From an uncultured Chitinophagales bacterium (GTDB lineage: Bacteria > Bacteroidota > Bacteroidia > Chitinophagales > JAHDHT01): a stretch of 64,000 bases of DNA. Below are positions 29,333 to 40,110 of this stretch, one piece after another (positions within the stretch are counted from its first letter, which is position 1; every line of letters begins with the position of its first letter). The position numbers and the translations under genes were made by a program. The stretch is taken from positions 1,195-65,194 of the forward strand of contig CALHDG010000130.1 in the NCBI GenBank assembly GCA_938023075.1, given 5' to 3'. Below the pieces are notes generated by a model. It saw only the letters and a list, made by a program, of their open reading frames with translations. It made no database searches and was not told the DNA's origin.

Positions 29333-30445
29333 ATGAAAAAAATTATTATCCTTTGCCTTTTGCTTCCTTTTTTGGCACAGAGCCAAAATACACCAATTAA
29401 AAAAACGGTTAAGCAAATTAAAATTGATGAAAAAGACCCGGTTCAATCGGTATTTAAATGGGTGGCGACCAATGTAAAATACGACGTAAAAAAGTTGAAA
29501 AAAATTACTAAAACCGGCAACCGGAGCACTACACAAACGGTTGATGAGCGCATAAATGATGTGTTGAGAACCAGAAGAGGGGTTTGCCAACATTATTCAG
29601 AGTTGTTTGCGGCTTTAATGACCGAGTTGGGTTATGAAGCCAAGGTGGTTACCGGCTTTACCAATAAAACCAATATTGCTGGAGAAAATACGAGTTTAGG
29701 GCATGCATGGAACGCAGTAAAAGTTGACGGTACATGGAAACTGTATGATGCTACTTGGGCTGCCGGCGGTGTTAGAGATGGTGAAAAATTCATTAAAAAT
29801 TATAATCCACAATGGTATGATGTACACCCAAAAGAGATGATTAGAACCCACATTCCTTTCGACCCGATGTGGCAATTGTTAGAAAAGCCGGTTTCTTATC
29901 AACGTTTTTTAGAATTTCAATTTGTCTCCGATTATCCGGCAACGCTCAATTATAAAGAATTGATTGAAGCGCATCTTACAAAAAAAGAAGTAGACCAATA
30001 TGAAGATGCGCTTAACCGGTCGAAAACTTTAGGTAAGGGTAATGCTTTGTTAGAACAATGGGCACAAATGATACATGCCAATGTAGTAATTATGAAGAAA
30101 AACGAGGTGATTTATGCCCAAAATGAGAAAGTAACTGCCCGGAATGAACAAATTAATGTATTGAACAAAGGAGTTACACTTATGAAATCGGTTACAGATT
30201 TATTCAATCAATATATTAAGGTTAAAAATAAGCAATTTAAAGATAAACGTTGGACAGAAAGTCGCTTAAAAAATACGATGGAGAAATTACAAAATCAATC
30301 GAAAGAAGCGCTGACCATTTATAACTCAATACAAACCGACGATGTTCAATTAAGAGCCATGATTAATGAAAGGATTAAACATGCTTCACAAACGATGAAA
30401 CGAATAAATACCGAAGCACAATTCATTAATCAAAAATTTAGGTAA
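29333..30445 (+). CDS. Secreted transglutaminase-like domain protein
   Basis: Signal peptide; catalytic triad motifs GVCQHYS, HAWNAV, LYDATW. Confidence 0.85.
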   Translation: MKKIIILCLLLPFLAQSQNTPIKKTVKQIKIDEKDPVQSVFKWVATNVKYDVKKLKKITKTGNRSTTQTVDERINDVLRTRRGVCQHYSELFAALMTELGYEAKVVTGFTNKTNIAGENTSLGHAWNAVKVDGTWKLYDATWAAGGVRDGEKFIKNYNPQWYDVHPKEMIRTHIPFDPMWQLLEKPVSYQRFLEFQFVSDYPATLNYKELIEAHLTKKEVDQYEDALNRSKTLGKGNALLEQWAQMIHANVVIMKKNEVIYAQNEKVTARNEQINVLNKGVTLMKSVTDLFNQYIKVKNKQFKDKRWTESRLKNTMEKLQNQSKEALTIYNSIQTDDVQLRAMINERIKHASQTMKRINTEAQFINQKFR

Positions 30446-30472
30446 CCAATAATCGAAGATTTTATACAACAG

Positions 30473-31084
30473 TTGTCCGCAGCTTTAAAACTGCCCTTAC
30501 CGGGTTTATCCGCGCAACTAAAAATGGCGCCGCAGAGTAGGGGAGCGATTAACGAAAATGATGTGAAGGCAAATTTGCAGTTTGCTAAAAAAGCGGCGGT
30601 GATGTGTTTGTTCTATCCAAAAAATAATGAACCGCATTTTGTATTGATGAAACGGGTTAGTTATCCGGGCGTACATAGTGGGCAAATTAGTTTTCCGGGT
30701 GGGCGAATTGAAATGGATGAAAGCCCTTTAGAAGCGGCAATTAGAGAAACACAAGAAGAAATTGGGATTGAAGTTACCGAACAAGAAATTCTATCGGCTA
30801 TCAGCGAAATTTATATTCCGCCAAGTAATTTTTATGTGTACCCTTTTATGGCTTGCTTAAAAAAAAATCCAATATTTAACGCCGATAAAACCGAAGTTGA
30901 TTATGTAGTTGAAGTGCCGGTGAAGGAATTTACCAATCCTGCGAACATCAAACATAAACAACTACAATACAGTTATGGAAGTTTTGAAGCCCCCTATTTT
31001 CATTTACAAGATGAAACCGTTTGGGGTGCAACGGCGATGATGTTGGGCGAGGTTTTTGAGCTATTGAAATTTAATCGATTTTAG
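30473..31084 (+). CDS. Nudix CoA pyrophosphatase
   Basis: HSGQISFPGGR, AAIRETQEEIG, VWGATAMM. Confidence 0.9.
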   Translation: MSAALKLPLPGLSAQLKMAPQSRGAINENDVKANLQFAKKAAVMCLFYPKNNEPHFVLMKRVSYPGVHSGQISFPGGRIEMDESPLEAAIRETQEEIGIEVTEQEILSAISEIYIPPSNFYVYPFMACLKKNPIFNADKTEVDYVVEVPVKEFTNPANIKHKQLQYSYGSFEAPYFHLQDETVWGATAMMLGEVFELLKFNRF

Positions 31085-31092
31085 TTAAAAAG

Positions 31093-31759
31093 CTACTTGT
31101 TTTGTAATATTTCATAATCAAACAACTTTATCAAATCTAATTGAAAGTCTGGAAATATAATAGAATTTATAAAGCCATCTGCTGTTGTATAATGTTTGCT
31201 GCCAACATACTTTTCTTGATCATTTAACTCGTAAATTACCAACCATTTTTCATTAGGATATACAATCCAATATTCTTTTACGCCTTCTCGCTCATACAAC
31301 CTAAATTTGGTTGTTAAATCACGATTGTTATTAGGTGATTTGATTTCAATAACCAGATCGGTTGCGCCTTTTATGCCTCTATCCTCAATTGTTGAAGTGT
31401 CACAAACAATGCATAAATCTGGCTGAACAATGGTATTGATTTTTGCTCCGTTTGGGTTTGGAAAATATACATCTATTGGGGCAGCGAAAAACTTCGCAAC
31501 TTTTACCGTCTAAAAAATTACCCCACAACCCTGAAAAACGCATACTAACCCTTTGATGATTGGTTCTTGGAGCAGACATCAGTTGATAAGGCACCCCATC
31601 AATCAACTCAATGCGCTCAGGAAATTGCCAAGTGTAATATTCTTCATAAGTATACAATTTACTGAGATCTAACTGACTAATATCCGTTAGGTTTGTTCGT
31701 AAGGTTGAAGGAGTTGCTGTCGTATCTTCAAATATCATCATTTTAGTGTTTAATCGCAA
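31093..31759 (-). pseudogene. Uma2-family endonuclease, +1 frameshift
   Basis: Removing one base from the A5 run at 31487-31491 joins RIELIDG..SAPRTNHQR..EVF to AAPIDVYF..VQPDLCIVCD..DLVIEIKSP..LYEREGVKEYWIV. Confidence 0.8.
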
Positions 31760-32088
31760 ATTAACTTTCCTACATAACCATTTCCGCTCTCAATTCTTAA
31801 CTTGCCAACTTGTTTATATTTAGAACCATACATCTGTTTAATCTTTAAACATAGACCAAACCGATTGTTCCTAAATTCAGTAGTAAACCCTTCGCTTTTT
31901 CAGGCAATTTTGCCAGATACTATAAATCATAAAAAGCACTATAAAATATTGTTTCTTAAATTGTAACCAAAACCAATAAATTCTAATTATTTTCGCAGCA
32001 TTGCTAAAATGATTGTTGTATCTCTATCTATAATTCAGATAAGAAGTTTCATTATATTATATAAATTATTGTTGATAAATTAATTTTT

Positions 32089-33108
32089 TTGGGATTATTC
32101 AATTTTTTCAAAAGCCGTTATTTTTGGTTATCTTTATTATGGATGTTGCTCATATCCGTATTACTATTTGCAGGTGTTGTTTACTATTTGCAGGTCTTTA
32201 CTAAGCAAAATCAATCTATTGAAGTGCCTGATTTAACAAATATGAGTATAGCCGAAGTAGATCGTACCTTAACGGCAGAACAACTTCGCTATCGAATAAT
32301 TGACTCAACTTATGTAGCCAACAAACAAGCCGGTGTGGTTATTATGCAATATCCTGCACCAAAGCATCAAGTTAAAGAAGACCGTCGCGTATTTTTAACC
32401 GTAAATGCCAAAAGTGCGCCTAAGGTAAAAATGCCTGATTTAATTGATAAATCAATACGAGTAGCTACCAGCCAATTAGAAAATATCGGTTTAAAAAGAG
32501 GAGAAGTAAAGCGAAAACCTGATTTAGCCAAAGATGCCGTTTTAGAACAACAACTAGAGGGTAAAAAAATTGAACCCGGCAAATTAATTGATAAAGGTAC
32601 GGCTATAGATTTGGTAGTAGGCAGCGGCTTTGGATCGAGTAGATATAAATTACCTAACGTAAAAGGCTTAACCTTAGAGTCTGCGGTAAGTTCCTTAAAA
32701 TCGAGCACCCTTAAAATGGGGGCTTTAGTAGCTGATAAAACCGTTATCGATACAGCTTCCTCTATTGTATACAAACAGTCTCCGGATTATGCCTCAGGCA
32801 TATATATGAATACTGGACAATCGGTTGACTTGTTTGTAACTCATTTAGATAATTATGGTAAGATATTGGATAAAGAACGCGAATTAGAAATAGAAGCGCA
32901 AGAGGAGATAAGAGCAAAAGAGCAAAGGCGGTTGGATAGAATAAGCGGAAAAAATAAATCATCGGTACCAGGCTTCAACAAGCTGCCAGATTCAAATCCC
33001 TACGACCCCAATGAATGGGAAGGAGGAAGTTCTACAAGCCCTAATAATGATTCGCAGTCTAATCCATATGGAAATAAGCCGAATTCTACTATAGATCCTG
33101 ATCAATAA
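32089..33108 (+). CDS. PASTA domain-containing protein
   Basis: TM anchor and three PASTA-like repeats (IEVPDL, VKMPDL, YKLPNV). Confidence 0.9.
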   Translation: MGLFNFFKSRYFWLSLLWMLLISVLLFAGVVYYLQVFTKQNQSIEVPDLTNMSIAEVDRTLTAEQLRYRIIDSTYVANKQAGVVIMQYPAPKHQVKEDRRVFLTVNAKSAPKVKMPDLIDKSIRVATSQLENIGLKRGEVKRKPDLAKDAVLEQQLEGKKIEPGKLIDKGTAIDLVVGSGFGSSRYKLPNVKGLTLESAVSSLKSSTLKMGALVADKTVIDTASSIVYKQSPDYASGIYMNTGQSVDLFVTHLDNYGKILDKERELEIEAQEEIRAKEQRRLDRISGKNKSSVPGFNKLPDSNPYDPNEWEGGSSTSPNNDSQSNPYGNKPNSTIDPDQ

Positions 33109-33232
33109 AATTCAACTGCTTTGTTGATAATAGTAATATTTTAACGTTAAAAAATTTAGAATAATAATATGCTGGATATTTACCCGTTGTTAACCTCAAT
33201 TAAAGTTTTTTAAATAAAACCCTAACAATAAT

Positions 33233-35632
33233 ATGAATATGAAAATTTGTTGTAATATTTCGGTCATCATAGCTACCTTTATTTTTTGTAGCATCGCAGC
33301 TTTTTCGCAAGAAAAATTAGTGCCTCTACAAAGCAACCCTGCTTACTCAACGGTAGAACAACCAACTTATACCGCAGCAAAAAAAGCCTTATCTTTACCA
33401 TTTATTGATGACTTTTCAACCACCAATGTCCATCCTGATGAAAAACTTTGGTTAGATAATTATGTATATATTAACAACACCTTAGCAAATAATCCGCCAA
33501 CCATGGGGGTAGCTACTTTTGATGGTTTAAACCAAGAAGGCAAACCCTGGAGCCCCGCAAACATAGGTGATCAAGATACCAGAGCCAGCCAACCTTGTGA
33601 TACCTTAACCTCGCAAGCTATTGATTTATTGAGTGCGAATAATCCAGAAAATTTGTACTTGAGTTTTTATTATCAACCAGGTGGTAATGCCACAAGACCT
33701 GAAATGAAAGATTCTCTGTTTATACAAGCCAAAACCGAAAACGATGAGTGGGAAGTTATTTGGAGTATAGAAGGTTTGCCTAATCGAGATTTTAAAAGTG
33801 TTGTTATTCATTTAGGAGACTCTGCTCAATACATACACGATAATTTTCAATTTCGTTTTATTGCTAATGCTACGCCAACAGGGTATAACGATTTTTGGCA
33901 TATTGATTATGTAGAACTAAGAGAGCGCAGTAATGTAACTAATCAAATTGTTCTTTTACCAGATAGTGTACCAAATAGTGCCTATACCATTTTGGTAGAT
34001 GCAAAAAAACCAGACTGTAGGTCAATTAAAAAAATTGATTTAGATTTGAGTTTAAGTGGTTTTCAAAATTGTGATATCGATTCCATTGCTTTAGTAAATG
34101 AACGGGGCAATTTAATTGCTTACACCAAATTTAGTGTAGCAACAACAATTCCAGATGAAGGTCTTTATCTATCCACCCAAATAACTAATGAAAAAAATGA
34201 TGATCCGCGAACCGGTAATTTAAGCGACGATTGTTATTTTATATACATTAACAATACCGATTCAACTAATGTTAATATTTTTAATTATAGCATATCAAAT
34301 GATTGTTTAACCATTACAGCCCCTACTTTACCTACCAGAGATTTAGCTTTTGTTGAAAAGCCTACTTCAATTTTAAAAGACTATTCTCAGATGACTATAG
34401 GACAGTTTTTTAATTATCAAGATCAGGTGTTAAATGAACAACATAGCTTTACAATCAGTAATTTAGATAAAGATGTTTTTCCTACAGATTATTACTTTCA
34501 GATAGAAGTGCTCAATTCAAACGATATCATTTACGAATTAGAACCAGGTTCAATTTCAGTACCTGCCTATTCCAGATTTAAAAATGCACTAAAAACATTA
34601 AAATTTACCAATAATCCTAATGAGGTAGACGATAATACCATAGCAATTAGCGGTAGAGATCTTGCAGAAGAAACCCTTCAAATTGAAATGAAATATTTCA
34701 TCACGCCAAATAATGACAATAGAAATGAAAACAACACCATTTCGAGAATATATACATTTGATAACCAATTGGCTTACGATGATGGCATATTAGATGTTGG
34801 CTACGGCGTTTCCGGCGAGTCGGCACAAATTGCCCAGAAGTATGAAATTTTTGAACGCGATTTTGTTTACGGTATTTTAATACATTTTGCTCAAATAACC
34901 CTCAATCAAACTGATCGCTTATTTACCTTAAAACTATGGGACAGTATTAAAGGCATAGATGGTGCAGAATCGACCGTTATAGCAGCTATGCGATCGGATT
35001 TAGAAGTAGTATACCCCAATGAAGATAATTACACCGGTTTTGTATTATACTGTTTTGAAGATGGTATACCCGTACAAGATCAATTTTATATTGGCATTCA
35101 ACAAGAAGGCTCAGTAGAAATTCATTTGGGTTTTGACAATAATAATGATTCGAAAGATAAATTATATTTTAATACTTTCAATGAATGGATACCCTCTTCA
35201 GAAACCGGTAGTTTAATGATGCGACCAATTATTGGAAGAGCTTTAAGTTTAGAAGAAGATTGTGGAGTAGAAACGGTTTGTCCTGTATTAGGTCAAGAAT
35301 GTACCGATGCCAACGGTAATGTTTCTATGTACGATGAAGATTGTACATGTATTTTAGTTGTAGTCGGTATTTTCGATCAACCAAGTCCGGTTTTAGATTT
35401 TACCATCTTACCAAATCCGGCAACTGATTTTATTGCTTTAGAAAACATAACACAAAACCAAGTGACCAATGCATCAATTCACATTATAAACGCTACCGGA
35501 AAGTTAATGAAATCATTTACGGGCATACAAGAATCTTATTATATTGGTGATATTTCACCAGGTATTTATTTTATTCGAGTTATAAATGAACAGCAACAAT
35601 CTGGTATTAAAAAATTCATAAAAACGAAATAA
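33233..35632 (+). CDS. T9SS type A sorting domain-containing protein
   Basis: Signal peptide; LPFIDDFS, GVATFDG, LAYDDG; C-terminal ILPNPATD...PGIYFIRV...KKFIK. Confidence 0.85.
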   Translation: MNMKICCNISVIIATFIFCSIAAFSQEKLVPLQSNPAYSTVEQPTYTAAKKALSLPFIDDFSTTNVHPDEKLWLDNYVYINNTLANNPPTMGVATFDGLNQEGKPWSPANIGDQDTRASQPCDTLTSQAIDLLSANNPENLYLSFYYQPGGNATRPEMKDSLFIQAKTENDEWEVIWSIEGLPNRDFKSVVIHLGDSAQYIHDNFQFRFIANATPTGYNDFWHIDYVELRERSNVTNQIVLLPDSVPNSAYTILVDAKKPDCRSIKKIDLDLSLSGFQNCDIDSIALVNERGNLIAYTKFSVATTIPDEGLYLSTQITNEKNDDPRTGNLSDDCYFIYINNTDSTNVNIFNYSISNDCLTITAPTLPTRDLAFVEKPTSILKDYSQMTIGQFFNYQDQVLNEQHSFTISNLDKDVFPTDYYFQIEVLNSNDIIYELEPGSISVPAYSRFKNALKTLKFTNNPNEVDDNTIAISGRDLAEETLQIEMKYFITPNNDNRNENNTISRIYTFDNQLAYDDGILDVGYGVSGESAQIAQKYEIFERDFVYGILIHFAQITLNQTDRLFTLKLWDSIKGIDGAESTVIAAMRSDLEVVYPNEDNYTGFVLYCFEDGIPVQDQFYIGIQQEGSVEIHLGFDNNNDSKDKLYFNTFNEWIPSSETGSLMMRPIIGRALSLEEDCGVETVCPVLGQECTDANGNVSMYDEDCTCILVVVGIFDQPSPVLDFTILPNPATDFIALENITQNQVTNASIHIINATGKLMKSFTGIQESYYIGDISPGIYFIRVINEQQQSGIKKFIKTK

Positions 35633-35638
35633 TACAGT

Positions 35639-35950
35639 ATGGAAGATATAACGGTTAAAGAAGTAAAGGAACGTTTAGCGAATAATGAAAGTTTACATAT
35701 AATTGATGTAAGAGAACAACACGAGTACGATGAATTTAATATTGGCGCTACTTTAATTCCATTAGGTGAAATACCCAACCGTTTGGAGGAGTTAACTCAG
35801 TATGTAAACGAAGAACTCATTATACATTGTCGTTCGGGTGGGCGAAGTGGAAAAGCAAAATTGTATTTACAAGATAAAGGGTTTACCAAAGTGCGAAATT
35901 TATTGGGTGGCATGTTGGAGTGGCAAGAGGAAGATTCAAATAATATCTAA
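35639..35950 (+). CDS. Rhodanese-like sulfurtransferase
   Basis: IIDVRE, HCRSGGRS, NLLGGMLEW. Confidence 0.92.
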   Translation: MEDITVKEVKERLANNESLHIIDVREQHEYDEFNIGATLIPLGEIPNRLEELTQYVNEELIIHCRSGGRSGKAKLYLQDKGFTKVRNLLGGMLEWQEEDSNNI

Positions 35951-36121
35951 TATCATCGTAATAAATCGAAATTCATTATTCAATAATCGATATTCGTTAT
36001 TCAGTGCTGTCGGCTTAAAACTTGGTGTTGCATTAATTCTAACCCTACAATCGTCTGTAAAATCTTTATAATATTAGGTAAATTTATATAAACAATAAAA
36101 TAGTTTACACTAATGCATTAG

Positions 36122-36280
36122 TTTTTTTGAAGCGAATCTTTTTAACTTTCTAATAACGAGGGTCCCGCTTTCCGCTCAAATGCTATGGCTAAGCTCCAAA
36201 GCCAGCGCGACAATATAGCATAACCACTGCAATCGGGGCTAACAAGCAAACTTCGATCGGCTTCAGTAACGTTTCAAAAA
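36122..36280 (-). repeat. Structured intergenic repeat family B copy 2 (Flavo-1-like)
   Basis: Minus strand reads TTAGCCCCGATTGCAGTGGTTATGCTAT...ATAGCATTTGAGCGGAAAGCGGG. Confidence 0.7.
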
Positions 36281-36296
36281 GAAGAAGATAAAAAAG

Positions 36297-36371
36297 TGGG
36301 TGATACTGGATTCGAACCAGTGACCTCTGCCCTGTCAAGACAGCGCTCTAAACCAACTGAGCTAATCACCC
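36297..36371 (-). tRNA. tRNA-Val(GAC)
   Basis: GGGTGATTAGCTCAGTTGGTTTAGAGCG-CTGTC TTGACAG GGCAG-AGGTCACTGGTTCGAATCCAGTATCACCCA folds as a cloverleaf; full CCA not encoded. Confidence 0.95.
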
Positions 36372-36421
36372 CTTCAATATTTTTGTTATACAAAATGCTT
36401 ATTTCAATCAAATATCTATAA

Positions 36422-37294
36422 TTATAGCAACTTATCAGCAATAACTTGCAAAGTTTTTTCAATTAAATGTTCAATAGTTTGAGGAGCTTGTTGACTAAAC
36501 TCGCCGGTTGCTCGGTTAGCAATCATTGCATTTAACGAAATGGCACGATGTCCCAAAAGTTTTGCTAAGCTGTACATACCGGCAGTTTCCATTTCGAGGT
36601 TGGTTATTTTTTTGCCTTGCCATTCAAACTGTTGCAGGGCTTTCATTAAATGCGGGTACTTTGGGCTTAATCTAATTGTACGGCTTTGTGGTCCGTAAAA
36701 ACCGGGGTTAGTAATGGTTACACCCAACTCACCAATGGTGGCAAAGGTATCTAATAAAGTTTTATCGCCCTCTGCAACATATAATGATAGATTAATTCTA
36801 TAGTCGATTAGCTCATCTTTTAAGTACGCACGTAAATCTTTCGCTTCTGTATAATCATAAAATTGCATTAAGGTATCAAAGCCAATGGCAAGCTCACTAA
36901 TAATGGTGCCATCTAAAGGGAAGTAAGGTTGAATAGCCCCGCTCGTACCTATCCGTATAAAAGTCAACTCAGTTAATTGCTTTTTTATCATTCGAGTTTC
37001 AAAATCAATATTAAACAGTGCATCTACTTCGTTCATAAAAATATCAATATTATCAGTACCCATACCAGTTGAGCAAACTGAAACTTTTTTATTGCCCATT
37101 AATCCGGTATGGCTTACAAACTCTCGTTTCTGTTTTTCTAAAAGAATAACATCAAAATGTTTGCTGACTGATGCTACTCTTTCAGGATCGCCCACCGTAA
37201 TAATGGTTGTTGAAAGATCGCCCGGTTTTAAATTTAAATGGTAAATGCTTCCTTCATCCGTAATAATTAATTCTGAATTTTTTATTGCTTGCAT
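36422..37294 (-). CDS. Nucleoside (uridine-type) phosphorylase
   Basis: IYHLNL, VGDPERV, STGMGTDNID, RIGTSG, GFYGPQ, NLEMET. Confidence 0.9.
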   Translation of the reverse strand: MQAIKNSELIITDEGSIYHLNLKPGDLSTTIITVGDPERVASVSKHFDVILLEKQKREFVSHTGLMGNKKVSVCSTGMGTDNIDIFMNEVDALFNIDFETRMIKKQLTELTFIRIGTSGAIQPYFPLDGTIISELAIGFDTLMQFYDYTEAKDLRAYLKDELIDYRINLSLYVAEGDKTLLDTFATIGELGVTITNPGFYGPQSRTIRLSPKYPHLMKALQQFEWQGKKITNLEMETAGMYSLAKLLGHRAISLNAMIANRATGEFSQQAPQTIEHLIEKTLQVIADKLL

Positions 37295-37327
37295 ATAGGT
37301 TTGATCGTGAAAAAATTGCTGATTAGT

Positions 37328-38206
37328 TTATACTCTTCTTAAAGTAGGATAAGCCAATTCAATATCTTTATGTTGTTCAAATTGTAACAAAATTTCTTCC
37401 CAAATTTTTTGTTGCGAACCACGCCTCTTGTAAGGATCGCACAAATATCGTATGGTTAATAAAACGCCGCTATCTTTTACATCGGTGTACACAATGGGCG
37501 TTAAGTTTTTATAGTAAATCATATAGTTTTTAGAGGCTTTGTTTAATTTTTTACGGGCTTCGATGCTATGATCTTTGTAGTAAGTATCAGCAATTTCGGT
37601 TAATAGTTGTTTTGTTTTTTGCCAATCGCTTTCAAATGTAATTAGTACGGGTATTTCATTCCAAATATATTGAAAACCTTTGTTATACATGGCTTGCGAT
37701 TCCGTAAATATTTTAGAATTCGGAACCTGAATAATTCTTCCGGTACTTTGGTCCGATTCAATCCAATTACCAATTTCATTAAGCGTAAAATAAAACAATC
37801 CCATATGAATAACATCGCCTTTTATATTCCCAATTTCAACACGATCACCCACATCAATAGGTCGCCAAAAGGTAAGAAAAACCCAACCGGCTATATCTAC
37901 AATAGGATCTTTTAAAGCAATAGCAATACCAGCCGATAACAAACCAAAATAGGTTGCCATCGATTCGAAACCATTAAACCAAACTCTAAAAATACATAGT
38001 AAAGCTATTGCAACACTAAAATAGCTGGCAAAAGTACGTAAGCGATAACTGGTTTTTACATTAGATTTTAACCGGTTGATAACATAAAACAACAAACGGC
38101 GAAATAACCAGAAAAAAAGAATGATGAGTAAAGTCCATACTAAATTTTTTTGCAGGGCAATGCTTATACCCGTCCAGCTTTCAATATTAGTCAACAAGTT
38201 TTTCAT
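37328..38206 (-). CDS. Mechanosensitive ion channel MscS family
   Basis: GLLSAGIAIALKD, VGDRVEIGNIKGDV, IIQVPNS, IELAYPT. Confidence 0.9.
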   Translation of the reverse strand: MKNLLTNIESWTGISIALQKNLVWTLLIILFFWLFRRLLFYVINRLKSNVKTSYRLRTFASYFSVAIALLCIFRVWFNGFESMATYFGLLSAGIAIALKDPIVDIAGWVFLTFWRPIDVGDRVEIGNIKGDVIHMGLFYFTLNEIGNWIESDQSTGRIIQVPNSKIFTESQAMYNKGFQYIWNEIPVLITFESDWQKTKQLLTEIADTYYKDHSIEARKKLNKASKNYMIYYKNLTPIVYTDVKDSGVLLTIRYLCDPYKRRGSQQKIWEEILLQFEQHKDIELAYPTLRRV

Positions 38207-38327
38207 AAACTAATTCTACAATATCTTCTCCAATAATTTTTCCAATCAACGCTTTGGCAATAGCCAAATCTTCTAACAAATATTTGAAAGCTACATCATC
38301 TATAGGATTAATTATTCGCATTTGCAT
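38187..38327 (-). pseudogene. 46-aa N-terminal remnant of an Rpn/PD-(D/E)xK transposase-like protein
   Basis: Hand translation MQMRIINPIDDVAFKYLLEDLAIAKALIGKIIGEDIVEL... matches the NPxxDxxFKYL start of that family. Confidence 0.55.
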
Positions 38328-38439
38328 CTTAAAAATATTATTATACATTGTAATAGGATCAAATATGCAAAGTACACCAAAACTGAATGATTAGCGAATA
38401 CTTCTTGTTTAATATCTTTTAAAAAAAAGATATTCAAAC

Positions 38440-39510
38440 TCAATGCATTACTTCTACCATCCAATTAAACCGGTCTTCTTCCCGCCCATATTTAATATTA
38501 TCCAAACGGGTTTTAATTTTTTCGGAGATCGATTTATTTTCATTAATTGTTAAGGCTTTGCCGTTATAATTGATTTCGGCAATTGGAGAAACAGACGCTG
38601 CCGTGCCCGTTCCAAAAGCATCGTCTAATTTGCCTGCATCAAAAGCCTTTTCTATTTCTTGTATGGTAATGGCTTGTTCTTTTACGGTATAGCCTTCATC
38701 TTTTAGTAAAGTAATTACACTGGCACGTGTTACGCCTTCTAAAATTTGACCATCGGTGGGTGGCGTATAGGCAACACCATCTATAATACAAAAGAAATTC
38801 ATGGTACCAATTTCTTGTACATATTTGTGCTCATATCCATCTGTCCATAATACTTGATCGAAACCTTCTTTACCTACTAAAAGTGCCGGGTAAAGGGTTG
38901 CTGCATAATTACCAGCAGCTTTGGCAAAACCTGTTCCTCCGCTAAAAGCTCTTACATATTTATCAGCTACTTTTACTTTAATACGCTTGGAATAATACTT
39001 TCCAACCGGACATGTAAATACAATAAATTTATAGTTGTTAGAAGTGCGAACACCAATATAGGGGTCATTGGCGAACATATAAGGTCTTAAATATAGTGAG
39101 TAGCCATCTTTAGCAGGTACCCATTTTTTATCTAACCCAACAATGGCATGTAAGGCTTGTAAAAAAAGTTCTTCTGGTACATCTGGCATCGACATTCTGT
39201 TCGCAGAAATATTAAAACGTTTGGCATTTTTTTCCGGTCTGAACAACATTATTTTATCATCAAATGTCCGGTAGGCTTTCATTCCTTCAAAAATAGCTTG
39301 CCCATAGTGCAAGGCAGAACAAGCGGGGCTTATCGTCATATTTTCATAAGGCTTAATAAATGCATCACCCCATGCTCCATTTTTATAATTCATTTCAAAC
39401 ATATGATCAGAAAAAGTGCTACCAAAAGCCAAATTATCTAAATCTACTTCTTTTAACCTGCTTTCGCTCACTTCTTTTACATTAATTGAAATATCTAATA
39501 TAGTACTCAT
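38440..39510 (-). CDS. ilvE: Branched-chain amino acid aminotransferase
   Basis: LHYGQAIFEGMKAY, LYLRP, GTGFAKAAGNYA, EIGTMN, ILEGVTR, FGTGTAA. Confidence 0.95.
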   Translation of the reverse strand: MSTILDISINVKEVSESRLKEVDLDNLAFGSTFSDHMFEMNYKNGAWGDAFIKPYENMTISPACSALHYGQAIFEGMKAYRTFDDKIMLFRPEKNAKRFNISANRMSMPDVPEELFLQALHAIVGLDKKWVPAKDGYSLYLRPYMFANDPYIGVRTSNNYKFIVFTCPVGKYYSKRIKVKVADKYVRAFSGGTGFAKAAGNYAATLYPALLVGKEGFDQVLWTDGYEHKYVQEIGTMNFFCIIDGVAYTPPTDGQILEGVTRASVITLLKDEGYTVKEQAITIQEIEKAFDAGKLDDAFGTGTAASVSPIAEINYNGKALTINENKSISEKIKTRLDNIKYGREEDRFNWMVEVMH

Positions 39511-39593
39511 AGGCTTAATATACTTAATATTTTACAAAATTAAAAATCTTATGGCAAAAATATGTGGTTTTTCTTTCAGCTAAAAAATATTAG

Positions 39594-39601
39594 TATTTTT
39601 G
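39594..39601 (+). promoter_or_regulatory. Bacteroidota -7 element
   Basis: TATTTTTG ends 10 nt before ATG 39612; opposite-strand matches at 39535-39542 and 39555-39562 could serve ilvE. Confidence 0.45.
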
Positions 39602-39611
39602 CTCAATAACT

Positions 39612-40097
39612 ATGCAAATAAATCAAGCCAATCTTATCCATTTATACAAAAATGATGAAGTAGTATGTTTACCTTTTGAAAAAAATGAGTTATTAAATAA
39701 TAAGCACTCCAATTATAAGATAAAAGCTATAGGCAACAACCAAAAAAAGATATTAATTATGGTTAGCCATTCAATAAATGATTTAAATTCGGAAGAAAAT
39801 GTATTATTGTTTAACATTTTAAAGGCTATTCATTTAACAATTGAAGATGTTAAATTAGTAGAATTTGCAGGACAACCGTTTAAGTTTATAAAAAACTCAA
39901 TTGAATTTGAAAAGTGTATCCTTTTGGGCTTAGATGGCAGTCAAATTGGTTTGCAAATGGCTTTAAATCCATATCATATATTTAATTTTATGAATACTTT
40001 TTTTTTAACAAGTCATAGTGCCAATTTGTTAAATAAACATAAAAAATATAAAGAGAATTTGTGGAAAGCTTTACAAAAAATGTTTGCGGTAACTTAA
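39612..40097 (+). CDS. Conserved hypothetical protein (possible DNA polymerase III psi-like)
   Basis: GNNQKKILI, LLFNILKAI, KENLWKALQKMF; upstream of rdgB. Confidence 0.55.
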   Translation: MQINQANLIHLYKNDEVVCLPFEKNELLNNKHSNYKIKAIGNNQKKILIMVSHSINDLNSEENVLLFNILKAIHLTIEDVKLVEFAGQPFKFIKNSIEFEKCILLGLDGSQIGLQMALNPYHIFNFMNTFFLTSHSANLLNKHKKYKENLWKALQKMFAVT

Positions 40098-40110
40098 AAT
40101 TATTAATGAG

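Noticed and set aside
36297-36371. tRNA as an integration site of an island or prophage
   Set aside because: No integrase, no duplicated tRNA 3' end and housekeeping genes on both sides.
36274-36462. 62-aa ORF
   Set aside because: It is the translation of the tRNA-Val gene.
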